A stretch of DNA of 64,000 nt from a virus. Below are positions 50,801 to 59,102 of this stretch, in pieces. The notes beneath the pieces are model-generated. The model ran no database searches, was not told the DNA's origin, and saw only the letters and a list, made by a program, of their open reading frames with translations. How positions within the stretch are numbered: position 1 is the stretch's first letter; each line of letters opens with the position of its first letter. Position numbers and translations under genes: made by a program. The DNA lies in IMG/VR virus record IMGVR_UViG_3300019850_000208, positions 32,001 through 96,000 of that record, one strand, 5' to 3'.

Positions 50801-52574
50801 GATCTGCTGGATTCCCTATCACAGTGACCTGCTCTATTATGTTGTTTCCTCCTGTAACTCCTTGTTGAAATCTGTATAAATAGCCGTTGGATGTGCCTAT
50901 ATATAGCCATCCATCATATGTAACAATAGAAGATATGAAATTTGTGGCATCAAAATCATTTGAATCATTACCATCAACTCTATTGTCATTAACGCTTACG
51001 TTCTGCCCAAATGTAAATTCACCTTCATCAATTGAAGTTGAAATATTATCCAGTGATGGCCCTTCGTGTGGATATGGCAAGTTTGGATTTTGAACCAGTC
51101 TGTATAACTTGTGATGATACGCAAAATATATGGCATTATCGAATTCGGCTATAGTTGTCACATTTTTGATAGCATAAGGATCTGGTTCATAACCTGATAT
51201 CCAGGTTCCATAAAAATCATCCCATCGGCCTTCGCCCTGTATTATATGTTGCGTAAATTCATAACTGAGTTCTAGCTGCGTAGATTGATTTTGAATTGGA
51301 ATAAGAACATTGGCTACACCGCCAACTGCACCACTTGTATCAATTGTTGCTTCTTTTGCTTCGAACTCTCTTTGCATTACTACGTTATTTACAGGTAGAA
51401 TACCTCTTCCATCGCAATCAAAGTTTCGGCCAGATTGTCGTATGATGATATTAGGATCGGCAGATTGTTGATAAGCATATCCTGATGTTTGAACTTTATA
51501 TCGCGGATCATACTCTCTGAATGATATATTTTCACGATCAATATTGTATATTTGAGCAGGATGAGGTACTATAATCTCACCAATGTCGAATGCCATCTGA
51601 TATAAATTATCTAATTTTGGTGAATTATCCCAAGCTATGTTAGCAACCATAAGTGGAATAAACTGACCATGATATACTATTGTGCTAGATCCTATGGTGA
51701 CATAAAAATCATACTCATCATGTGGATCGACTCCAGTTACGTCTTCTTCAGTTACTACCAGGGTGACTTCCCATGTGTTTGGGTTAGCATCTGGATAGCG
51801 AAGTTTTATTTCATCCTCCATCTCCTTAATCAATGTATCCACATTGGAGGATGTATCATAATGTTTTACTGAGCCAACCATATGATATGAAGTTTCATCA
51901 TAAACGGCTTTATCGTCGGCAATGGTGGAATAGTTACCATTAATAAAAGCAACACCACTCGATATGTGCAACGGAGTTATGCCTTCCAGGTGAACTCTGT
52001 TTTGCAGAACTTCTTTTACAAGTTCTCGGTCTCCAGAATCTGTTATAACTGTGCTGGTATCTACTTCTGCGAATGTTGGATCGGTCAGATTTCCATCTAC
52101 ATATTCTTTCCAATACCATCGTGCAGTATCTGTTGTGCTTTCAGAACCAATTGTTGTGTTGAAATCTTCAGAGAGGCTATCTTCTATATCAGTCCAGAAA
52201 TAACGATAGCCCTTCGGCAACTGCATGTTGATGACCTTGAAACGTTCCTCTGCAAATCTAATTATATCATAAATCTCGCTCAAAGTCATTTTATTATCAA
52301 CAATACTCGCAAGAAATTGATTTCCAAGTTCTTGAAATATACCATTACCTATTTGTAAAGAATTAAGTTCAATATTAGAGTTGAGCTTTTCGTCATTATC
52401 TGTAAGATCTATGAGTGGCCTGTTGTCAGTTCTCCAATCTACAAAATCAGTAGGAACATAACCCTGAACACCTGGCTTGCCTTCATTATCCAGGCCCTGT
52501 GTATAAGTTACATTGTCTATGGTTATTGGTCCTTTTCCAAGCTCACCAATGCTCCACCGTTTAATTATTGCCAT
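44826..52574 (-). CDS. Very large baseplate/fibre hub protein (2582 aa): beta-propeller-like, CBM4/9-like and LamG-like domains
   Basis: LYIGTSNG/LAIGTDQG blades; NLLKNADFE..IDAARFEEG; NRPLIDL..ND anchor. Confidence 0.75.
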   Translation of the reverse strand: MAIIKRWSIGELGKGPITIDNVTYTQGLDNEGKPGVQGYVPTDFVDWRTDNRPLIDLTDNDEKLNSNIELNSLQIGNGIFQELGNQFLASIVDNKMTLSEIYDIIRFAEERFKVINMQLPKGYRYFWTDIEDSLSEDFNTTIGSESTTDTARWYWKEYVDGNLTDPTFAEVDTSTVITDSGDRELVKEVLQNRVHLEGITPLHISSGVAFINGNYSTIADDKAVYDETSYHMVGSVKHYDTSSNVDTLIKEMEDEIKLRYPDANPNTWEVTLVVTEEDVTGVDPHDEYDFYVTIGSSTIVYHGQFIPLMVANIAWDNSPKLDNLYQMAFDIGEIIVPHPAQIYNIDRENISFREYDPRYKVQTSGYAYQQSADPNIIIRQSGRNFDCDGRGILPVNNVVMQREFEAKEATIDTSGAVGGVANVLIPIQNQSTQLELSYEFTQHIIQGEGRWDDFYGTWISGYEPDPYAIKNVTTIAEFDNAIYFAYHHKLYRLVQNPNLPYPHEGPSLDNISTSIDEGEFTFGQNVSVNDNRVDGNDSNDFDATNFISSIVTYDGWLYIGTSNGYLYRFQQGVTGGNNIIEQVTVIGNPADLQFINALYVWQATNQLAIGTDQGFRLLKHIGGIPSNVTIEDLGTESPPISFTKVTAFTEVSKYGAGFVQTLIIGTQNKGIYYYGDRDFNSGREFHHDDNYTNFVLDGSGDVQFAPDFSNNYCTIKKFIKHKSQQDSNIYMLVELDNEISASDWDDDFGHHTVDDNELWRLIDGNNEGDHESFAYQRINLYESTTWKIGNLLKNADFELGVPPTNWSTQLGSGTFTKTENGKFNLYKGQIHNPAANSLRVFQNYAPAGGLGITAIESKTFTFSIYMDNLNASSASVTFGIEGLDGTGINVLDSQSSTISITSQNVWNRYSVSATFSSTAIVQARVYVEATTAVDIGIDAARFEEGAVAKEFNSGGIDETDFTPSKHACSINDMISFNDHIILGGERDIKGEYGGQKDEPGYTYPPGAPADEEYPSRPDGGINSGIDTVDGNSTNTIDEDVIDYLSSNEGLYYIDQLMLYNTAYGTDFFTFFQDSHGTVWAGSKSRLFKVHSEVEASSSDYVSLYDDSNVPLTFRAIIKIPASDNIIQLTDPASPQWHTFISNALLQDVNKDKIRLIKGSVFVRNAPNSRVDYIEGRDYEIEYDPNSPNYGKIKRKPNPLYEMTGYGRIEPDQQVYIEYKYFKIYEEVAGSEEGYKDLNIEDRTATINLPGSVLEANYELFCDFIYTKIFKGIDDTNVNFNTPITGIKYNLKPYDYVTDFISAHVWTEKFHIIAYSRNQRIHPIYSSYKFSIPRVDIIQLNENWDEEGFVTSITMGEPEEGAPQEPNPSIFDETALEDAISGSGGTITRQHVWEGYVPTTAAIKMYTMNVSQQDYFLNDIYDKRYYITKLQLWDYFIGIKSDTAAYFPFSRSFVSSNGKFIPEPKVPGDPTSAVQNSTIEEITSENLIEFADFPGEFDEQEFYDSESEFKVWWEYTPDYFGLSLVDEYGVRKWRADGLPDNPGIPRGLYVISAKSTGVAFDNKNALQINRNMTISQSFLDSSSNPTLPKDIYRFDIWYFLENAYNASSSSYIELRVYYDEEGATGEQYYSTTRAYTGSSDDLIEDKLNLISVTTEAAIIPKRIEIIISGWDESDEFGGGDPRYVGGTHFFAGNYKAKLNLYLSGSRFYRTGIDTTKFYQSAARIGERITYPVPLNGLAGSMYFKFKPLWRYNLNEVDNSSIVVFDSRSITDTENYFQVIYDAKNYNTQEALAKDDFYNLGTDTNPYPRWPAEGGNYYNSFKVVFYARQMNIQQGDINFKYRSYALDTNSTDNKTRLKYDNNEDLQLFHTFLITWQRLDEMYPDEARFSDGFNNWQFLMTLFLDDQDPISKLIIIDPNFVENLTEKIQIGGGWLKQSYNPATETVTWREIIAEGFLSEFRVENTSINYDKAKLWINKRLPFLDANNIPVFDNIITLGNETELINGTTGAYADMRLNDMFVEGDLYVMGTEVINNVSKMIIEDNIVEVNRIQEFDEDGNWIGIPNISSPAQSGLKSYRQPDEETYDSSFIWNEVNDEWDLIELSKFDILYGDNVLAGASWSVNSGTGTGIDNSIYTIITKSDNNPTPMYQHSEGTWTLQLQLKSSTTPLYARIYTVAQLHDLTEVEHHSNEFQITTSYTDQLFRIIYENNEVDQITVYIEVITSGASSASIQHQNESFAKTTIDLTNYEIPHETQDLRLRKVIIAAPIANPAKEASITFENGKSAIKVFAQDGIYINNDTLVDSMVLRTENDPNSNVELQVYNSGGSLGSLRMNAVRPNYIESIVDNSEITVFSGKIGGVQKYNLQLSKSGHIEPGMDANSVYFSVNNDTWQTLRIDQNAELYFRKAHLTNESEPNSASPLVANVIESALVDLNDNQGAQDCVKITKDQSGTGAVEPSPIIISEFALHNNNSSNGIRYMQSYKLVFNGRVSGAPGHTQASINHNLNIPQERMVVSIGTSSPLRHVYWDPVLSNANTLVVKLDDENTMITTNDINPSNWIDPNDGKIIVFVTISEQIPITSGITMS

Positions 52575-52589
52575 CGAGGTAACTCCATG

Positions 52590-52916
52590 TTATAATTTAA
52601 GGACTTGTACAGTTTGTCCTTGATCATTTTTAATTATAATTTTATTATTTGTTATGTCAATGTCCCAGCCAGCCTGATTGATGTTGAATGTTTTAAGTGT
52701 ATTTATATCCAGCTTACTAATAAATTGTTTTATTAACATCAAATGTTTCTTTAAATTAGGATATTTCGCTGCTTCATTGTCTATTTGATTGATACTAGTA
52801 TTAATATTTAACACCTGCTGATTTGGGGATAAATATTTAATCTTAAGCTTATCCTTACTATAAACTTCTGCCGATATTCTTTCTAATATTTTATTAAGTT
52901 TCATTATAATCCCCAT
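52590..52916 (-). CDS. Hypothetical protein (probable start MKLNKILE at 52904)
   Basis: GGGG RBS-like site precedes the second ATG. Confidence 0.6.
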   Translation of the reverse strand: MGIIMKLNKILERISAEVYSKDKLKIKYLSPNQQVLNINTSINQIDNEAAKYPNLKKHLMLIKQFISKLDINTLKTFNINQAGWDIDITNNKIIIKNDQGQTVQVLKL

Positions 52917-53014
52917 TTAAAATTGTTATAATAAACCTTTTGTGATTTATCCTTATTTACCGTTTTCTCAGTCATGCCTTGCTGATTATCTTTTCTACTT
53001 CTTGTTTTTTAGTT

Positions 53015-53329
53015 TCACTCTATCGCCGACTTTTTATATCTTCTTATAAACTTTGATAAAAATGGAAATTGCTCTTTTAGCGCTTGATATCTTTTTAGTT
53101 TCTTTTTTCTCTGAAAAAGCTTTACCTCTTTTTTAAGAAATCTATCAACTCTCGATTTAAGATGGTCTTTATCTCCATTATAATAATTTAGATTATAGCC
53201 TAGCAAACTATTACCTTTATAATTATTATCTAGAACTATCAGATCTGGAGTTGGATCATGTATAACGTATTCGGAACGGCTGCCGGAATAACCAAATTCT
53301 TTTCGTTTTAATTTTTCATAAAGTCGCAT
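53015..53329 (-). CDS. Putative T4 gp2-like DNA end-protector (short form)
   Basis: HDPTPDLIVLD...LLGYNLNYY...IRRYK resembles gp2 YD.FPL...GLNLHY...RY. Confidence 0.45.
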   Translation of the reverse strand: MRLYEKLKRKEFGYSGSRSEYVIHDPTPDLIVLDNNYKGNSLLGYNLNYYNGDKDHLKSRVDRFLKKEVKLFQRKKKLKRYQALKEQFPFLSKFIRRYKKSAIE

Positions 53330-53360
53330 AATATCTGCCTTATTTTTATAAAAATGTCAA

Positions 53361-54308
53361 CTAAAATAGAATTGACCAGACAAATGTAAAACTCACGCTT
53401 GGCTCTTTTTTTATTCCATTAAAATACCTTTTTGCCAACAACATCCCTCTTTCCATATCTGCATTTTCACCAGGAGTATTGGGAGATAGAACCAAACCGG
53501 CGCTTGAGTAAAGACCAACTTCATTAATCTTAACTCCATCATAGGGATAATTACTACCACTTCCGGTAGCGCCATATGCTAAATCTGGAAGCGTAACGGA
53601 ATATATTGTTCTATTGCTAGCCAATGAACCCTGGGTCGCGCCAACTGTGATATGAAAATCATGTTCTCTATTGATCATAACAAATGGAGCAGGATTATCA
53701 TTTGCGTCTGTTGGATTTTCTAATACAGTTCTATCGGTATCTATTGCAGAACCTGGAATGCCGCCCTTACCAAATAAATATTTGGCAATCATAAAAGGAT
53801 ATACATTGCCCCCATCCAACATTGTATGATTTGAATCCGGATTTGAGCCACCCGTCCATGAATTTTTATCGTTGTATACCAATCTATCGTATACCCCATA
53901 TGGTTTGTCCTGGCCATTAGCAGTACTATCTATATACCCCGATCGATATTTCCATGGGCACCCGAATGTCTGGGTGGTACTACCCGCTGGTGGATTATCA
54001 ATTCCAGAAGTGGAATCAACATAGTAGTCCTGCAGGGCTGTAAAGGGCACTGTCTCCTGCATTTGCCCACTATCATCTAAATATCCTGTATGCTCTCCAA
54101 AGCTTGAGAATGGATAGCCGGCAATTAAATACGCCAATGACGGTTTCAGCCAACTCATAATTTGATTAGGCCCATGATCTTCATATATCACTTTACCCCT
54201 TTCTTGAACATAAATATCTAATTTACCTATGGGTGTCGGTATCCGATCTGGGTCCAGACCGATTCTCTCGTATATCAGTTTGTCGGCCGGATGTTTGAAT
54301 TTTCTCAT
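53361..54308 (-). CDS. Baseplate/tail-fibre attachment protein
   Basis: GKLDIY..NQIM; INEVGLYS...LLAKRYF..IKK....FTFVWSILF typical of myophage fibre-attachment proteins. Confidence 0.7.
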   Translation of the reverse strand: MRKFKHPADKLIYERIGLDPDRIPTPIGKLDIYVQERGKVIYEDHGPNQIMSWLKPSLAYLIAGYPFSSFGEHTGYLDDSGQMQETVPFTALQDYYVDSTSGIDNPPAGSTTQTFGCPWKYRSGYIDSTANGQDKPYGVYDRLVYNDKNSWTGGSNPDSNHTMLDGGNVYPFMIAKYLFGKGGIPGSAIDTDRTVLENPTDANDNPAPFVMINREHDFHITVGATQGSLASNRTIYSVTLPDLAYGATGSGSNYPYDGVKINEVGLYSSAGLVLSPNTPGENADMERGMLLAKRYFNGIKKEPSVSFTFVWSILF

Positions 54309-54390
54309 GATATTTCTCCGATTTACTTGCTTTTTTTATTTTTATAGTCAATGAATCAGTTGGCAAATTTACTTTATCTTTCATTGCCAT
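54223..54390 (-). CDS. Small ORF with strong RBS (MAMKDKVNLPTDSLTIKIKK...); true length uncertain because of an A7 tract
   Basis: AGGGAG-6 nt-ATG at 54390; 55 aa as read, overlapping the next gene out of frame. Confidence 0.4.
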   Translation of the reverse strand: MAMKDKVNLPTDSLTIKIKKASKSEKYHEKIQTSGRQTDIRENRSGPRSDTDTHR

Positions 54391-54559
54391 TATTTACTCC
54401 CTATGCTATAATATCATTTCGTTTTAAATATTACGAAAAGTTATTTGTTTGTATATATCTTTCAAGCTTCCTTTCCATTCGGAGGATTCGGCCGATACTA
54501 ATCTCATAACCGACTTGAATTAATATAAATTTCAGATTTATATTCAGGTATAGATACCG

Positions 54560-56206
54560 TTATATCTGGCCCCAAGTTGTACCGCTCCATTCATAAAAAC
54601 TATTCTCAGCTACTGCCCAATACACATATCCATTATCTTCCGGGTTCAATGTTGGCAAGCTTGCCGCATCTGGAACTATAGGATGTGTTGGATATGGATT
54701 CGTTTTCAGCCACTCCAAGAACTCGTCTCCTGTCAGTGAGAAATCCCAATTTGTATGTTTAACATTGGCTATTACGCTTTCGAGAGCTGTCTCAAAGGTT
54801 AATACGTGCTGCAATCCTATAATGTGTGATATATTATTTTTGCCCCTTGCATGGACTCCATTATGTCTGATATAATCACCAATTCTATCCTCTTCATCAC
54901 TTAAGGGCGCGCCCTCTGTAGTTACATTTAGTATTCTTAATAATTGTTCATCAATAGCCTCTATGGTTTGAATATCGTATTCTGTATCTGTGGTGTTATA
55001 GTCTGATTTTAGTTGTTCCCATTCACTCCCGGAGCTATTAACACCAATTAAATCATAAATGTTCTTAATTAATTCTATTGTAAACTCTTCATAAACCGGT
55101 ATAGGCCCGTCCGTATATGGCGTTAGGTTAATATTTATTGAAGATTGTATATAACTTGGCGATAAAAATTTAATATATTTATTAATTATTTTATCAACTA
55201 TATCAGGATCACTCGGCAGCAGCTCTGTATCACCCTGATAGAATTGAGTTAATTCCTGCTGAACAAAGTTAGTCTTAAAATAGGTATATGGATCAGGAAA
55301 TCCAGCCACTCTGCCAAGTAACAAATCAAGATCAATCCCCCGGCCCGCCGGATCAGCCAACCAGTCAAACATCTCCAGATTTTTTGTTTCGGTAAATAGG
55401 GCAGGATTTATAGGTGCTGAAATTACTTCTCCTGTGTTGGGGTCTGTCTCGAATCTTTTTCTTGGATCAACAGATGTTAGATAGTTTGCGGCCGTGATTG
55501 GAGACTCTCCTGGCTCATCGCGATCCCTATCAAAGTATTTTTCAATTATCTCATAATCAAAACCAAGGAATTTGAAGAAGAATTTAAAGCTGTAATTAGT
55601 TCCTTTTATTTTATATATTTCAAGAGCGTTCTTGACTATCTCTCTGAAAGAAACATCGCCTAATTGAAAATCTTCTTTTTCATAGCCAAGCAGTTGAGCC
55701 AGATAAGCCAGATATTCGTCTGGTATTTCATTAATATCTCCCAGCTGCGTAATCTTTGTTATCTGTTCTTCAATTTTATCAAATTCAAGGCCTATTGCCT
55801 CAAATAATAGCCTAAGTTGATCGTGTTCTGATATCTGAGCATTGTCATATCTTGGGAGAAAGTCCAGTATGTGGTCATTCCAGTATGGCTCAATGGAACC
55901 GAACTTGTATACATAAACCATATAGATATATAAATAGCGCGCCGGAATTCCCTTTTGAGGGGATACAAATACGCTTCCATCCGGATTATACAATCCATAA
56001 CCAGCTTTGTCTGATATCCTCTGCATCAGCTGTTCATCTAAATAGAGGTCTTGTATTGTGGTATTGGTAATATAGCCTTCAGCATTCTCCACATCCAGGA
56101 GCGTAGCTATATCGTAGACAACTTCTTTTGTGATATTCTCAAAATCTTCTAATAGATCATTGAGTGTAGTGTTGTTCTGCAGTGCCGCTGCTCTTTCGGC
56201 AGTCAT
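54560..56206 (-). CDS. Baseplate wedge protein, P2 gpI/T4 gp7-like (PF09684-like)
   Basis: DINEIPDEYLAYLAQLLGY...YKIKGTNYSFKFFFKFLGF. Confidence 0.8.
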   Translation of the reverse strand: MTAERAAALQNNTTLNDLLEDFENITKEVVYDIATLLDVENAEGYITNTTIQDLYLDEQLMQRISDKAGYGLYNPDGSVFVSPQKGIPARYLYIYMVYVYKFGSIEPYWNDHILDFLPRYDNAQISEHDQLRLLFEAIGLEFDKIEEQITKITQLGDINEIPDEYLAYLAQLLGYEKEDFQLGDVSFREIVKNALEIYKIKGTNYSFKFFFKFLGFDYEIIEKYFDRDRDEPGESPITAANYLTSVDPRKRFETDPNTGEVISAPINPALFTETKNLEMFDWLADPAGRGIDLDLLLGRVAGFPDPYTYFKTNFVQQELTQFYQGDTELLPSDPDIVDKIINKYIKFLSPSYIQSSININLTPYTDGPIPVYEEFTIELIKNIYDLIGVNSSGSEWEQLKSDYNTTDTEYDIQTIEAIDEQLLRILNVTTEGAPLSDEEDRIGDYIRHNGVHARGKNNISHIIGLQHVLTFETALESVIANVKHTNWDFSLTGDEFLEWLKTNPYPTHPIVPDAASLPTLNPEDNGYVYWAVAENSFYEWSGTTWGQI

Positions 56207-58452
56207 TATTCAACCACCTCGGTGTAATCTAAAATCATTCCATGTAATTGAAATTCCACTGATTGAGTCGCTCCTATGAATTCATTTTTCGATAGAACTA
56301 TGATTTCATTATATTTTGCTTCTATTGGTTCACGGCCGTAATCTTTGGCCGAATCTGGTGGGTTGTTAGGATCATTTTTGTATGTGGAATAATCAACACC
56401 AAAATAAGTTATTGAGACATATCTAACTCCAGCAACCGATTGAATAAGTGCTATTATTTCCGGCAACTGTACATTTTGGCTATAATCCTGGTTTAGAAGG
56501 CTATATCTCAAGAATAATAATGATTCAACCTGTTCTTTTACCAAATTCTGATTATAATTTTTTTCAACATATACAATACCTTTGATATCAAAAGCCGTAT
56601 AAAGCGTATCTATATATACATTGTCTATACTTACCATTTTTTTATTTTTTAAATAATTTTCGAGTGTAGTTACATCCGAAACAGCATCTACCTGTTGATC
56701 CCAATACCACCACATTATAGAAAGTGGTGTGTTAACTGGGATGCCGAATCCTCCCATATAATTATATCTGGTAATTAAGCCTTTATCATAATCAAACACA
56801 TAATCAACATTTTGTAAATAAGTCGTCAAACCTCCTGTTATAATATTTATGGCAGGATATCTCGGATAAACAGGAACATATTCGCTTGGCAACTGCAAGA
56901 CATAAGAACTAATTCCGAAATTTTGGTTGGTTGCGGCAAAAAGTGGAGGATTTTTAAGGTGTAGTATATCATTTGTGCCAGTTTCAATAGTATCCACTAC
57001 GCCAACAAATATTTCAGAACCAGTTCCAGTTCCAGGAATTGCTATAGCATCATCCGGTTCAAGCTCAGGAGGAAATAATGTTCCATTGCCCGTTACTTTC
57101 GTTGAATCTAAACCAGCTGGATCAAATGAAATAGTGCCTGTTAATAATGATGGAGATGAAAAACTCAAAGTGGCATTTTTTATTTCATATGGCTTCGTCA
57201 GCTGGAGTTCTGTATTATATTCAGTTCTTGGATCCAGAACTGACCAGTTTTTGTATGAAGGAACTGCGTAAATCCAAGTTTCAAAAGTCGGAATTGTATA
57301 TCCATATTCATCTGAAACTGCAGCTGGTTCATTAACTTTGCCATATGCAGCTGTAGTCAATATATTTGGATGCAGTAGTAGAATACGTTTATAATCTAAT
57401 GGTGTAACAGTTTTATCAGCTGTTGTGATATAAAGCGGAGCTCTCTTTTTTGCTTCATTGACTGATTCGGAACTAGCTCCACCTGAGCCGGCTTCATTGT
57501 TTGTAAAAGTTGCCAACACAGAATTACCGCCAACCACAAATGATTTCGTTTCTCTTATAGAATTTAAAACAATATTGCCTTTTGAGCCTCCGCCTATTCT
57601 ATAATATATTCTGATAGAATCTCCAGCTGTAAATATGTTAGCTATAGCGGAGCTCGCGAATCTCGCCGTTACTTTATTATCAGCATCTACATCAATCATA
57701 AAAGGTGGAACCAATAATGGAGATCCATCGGATTTTTGTTGCGCGTCTTCGGCAACAAAGCTATTCACTAGAGGCAGTCTTTCGATCGGCTCATCATTAG
57801 CGTTCAATGTCCATATTTGGATACTGTTCTCAATTACGGGAAAATCATTCAAAACTATAGTTTCATTATCTATTCCCTGCATTGTCTCATTTTGAATTCT
57901 GCTGCTTCCTTCGAAAAATGTTAGACCTTCATTCCCAGTAAATGATATGATTTGACTTGTAATAGTACCAGTATTTACGGTGACTATTGCGTCATCACCA
58001 AAGTATATAAATTCTCCGTCTGCATCCTTGGGTATTAACTCGAAAGTAATTGGATCTCCATTTCTATCTGTTGCCGTTACCGACATGAGAGATGGCAAAT
58101 CAAATGGTTCAACCCAATTAGATAAAGTCATATCAACTTTTGCCGATGCGGCCTGTGGTAATGTGATCCGGTAGTTAATTAGCTTTAGTAGATTTATAGC
58201 TGACTGTTTCTGAGTTGCTGTGCCAATGAAATTCTCATTCGCTTTCCAGTCAACCCTAAAAGCCAGAATATCGACAATATAGGATATCAACTCAATTATC
58301 ATTTTCCCTGCATTGGATTCTAAGAAATCTTCCCAGGATTCATTATAGGCCGGATTTTCGATAATTATCCGCCTAATGTCCGAGATTATTGTTTCAAAAT
58401 CCAATGCCGTATATGAGAATCGCGGTAGAGCTATTAAATCATCAGTGGCCAT
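56206..58452 (-). CDS. Baseplate wedge subunit, T4 gp6/baseplate J family (PF04865-like)
   Basis: YTALDFETI..W.DF.ESNAG..IELISY; YRIGGG..GN; GGA..ES....KKRAP...VT..DY. Confidence 0.9.
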   Translation of the reverse strand: MATDDLIALPRFSYTALDFETIISDIRRIIIENPAYNESWEDFLESNAGKMIIELISYIVDILAFRVDWKANENFIGTATQKQSAINLLKLINYRITLPQAASAKVDMTLSNWVEPFDLPSLMSVTATDRNGDPITFELIPKDADGEFIYFGDDAIVTVNTGTITSQIISFTGNEGLTFFEGSSRIQNETMQGIDNETIVLNDFPVIENSIQIWTLNANDEPIERLPLVNSFVAEDAQQKSDGSPLLVPPFMIDVDADNKVTARFASSAIANIFTAGDSIRIYYRIGGGSKGNIVLNSIRETKSFVVGGNSVLATFTNNEAGSGGASSESVNEAKKRAPLYITTADKTVTPLDYKRILLLHPNILTTAAYGKVNEPAAVSDEYGYTIPTFETWIYAVPSYKNWSVLDPRTEYNTELQLTKPYEIKNATLSFSSPSLLTGTISFDPAGLDSTKVTGNGTLFPPELEPDDAIAIPGTGTGSEIFVGVVDTIETGTNDILHLKNPPLFAATNQNFGISSYVLQLPSEYVPVYPRYPAINIITGGLTTYLQNVDYVFDYDKGLITRYNYMGGFGIPVNTPLSIMWWYWDQQVDAVSDVTTLENYLKNKKMVSIDNVYIDTLYTAFDIKGIVYVEKNYNQNLVKEQVESLLFLRYSLLNQDYSQNVQLPEIIALIQSVAGVRYVSITYFGVDYSTYKNDPNNPPDSAKDYGREPIEAKYNEIIVLSKNEFIGATQSVEFQLHGMILDYTEVVE

Positions 58453-58811
58453 TATTGCCCTTCCTCTAAATTGATTTCAAATTCTATTAAATCTTCGTTC
58501 AGTGGATTGCCTACTTCATTAAACAATATTTTCATAAATATTATATTTCCATCCGCATTGACGACTACATCGCGAACATTAACCCTTGGTTCATATAAAT
58601 TTATGGCGCTCTCTATCATTCTTTTAAGATCCTGCAAGTAAATATCGTTAGTGGTTTCAAAAAGCAGCTTACGTAGCCCACTTCCAAAGTTTGGCCTGCC
58701 AACTCGTTCTCCCGGTGTCGTCATTAATATACGTGAAATTGATTCTGATATTAAATTCTTATCAGACTTAATCTTTAAAAATGTGTTATTATAGAATCCT
58801 GGACCTACCAT
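58452..58811 (-). CDS. Baseplate wedge subunit gp25/GPW (PF04965)
   Basis: ILMTTPGERV.RPNFGSGL..LLFE...INLYEPRV. Confidence 0.93.
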   Translation of the reverse strand: MVGPGFYNNTFLKIKSDKNLISESISRILMTTPGERVGRPNFGSGLRKLLFETTNDIYLQDLKRMIESAINLYEPRVNVRDVVVNADGNIIFMKILFNEVGNPLNEDLIEFEINLEEGQ

Positions 58812-58820
58812 TTATTCCTC

Positions 58821-59102
58821 TCAGCTATATCTTTCAAAATATTGTCTTATAACTATTCCTTTGTTGCCTCTTATAAATCTCGCAATTATTTTCGGATCCG
58901 CCGGCTTTACATATTCCAATTCATGCGGACGAACAGGCATTTTTGATATATACATCGTCATTAAATTTCCATTTGGCTTTGTTACTACATATATTGTACC
59001 ATAGTCAAAACGTTTCGGCGTTTTTATTGGAAAAAAGAAAATTCGATTGTCCTCGAGAGTAGATTCCTCTTCATACCATTTATAAAGTCCTGGACTCATC
59101 AT
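58821..59102 (-). CDS. Small hypothetical protein inserted before gp25
   Basis: AGGA RBS; its start duplicates the gp25 start; C-terminal KGIVIRQYF. Confidence 0.65.
   Translation of the reverse strand: MMSPGLYKWYEEESTLEDNRIFFFPIKTPKRFDYGTIYVVTKPNGNLMTMYISKMPVRPHELEYVKPADPKIIARFIRGNKGIVIRQYFERYS

Noticed and set aside
54452-54466. TTGAAAGATATATAC as another AGATA promoter
   Set aside because: May be coding sequence (LKDIY) of a frameshifted extension of the gpI-like gene, so it was not counted.
54522-54544. AATATAAAT/ATTTATATT inverted repeat as a terminator
   Set aside because: All-AT stem, no U tract, and likely within degraded or miscalled coding sequence.
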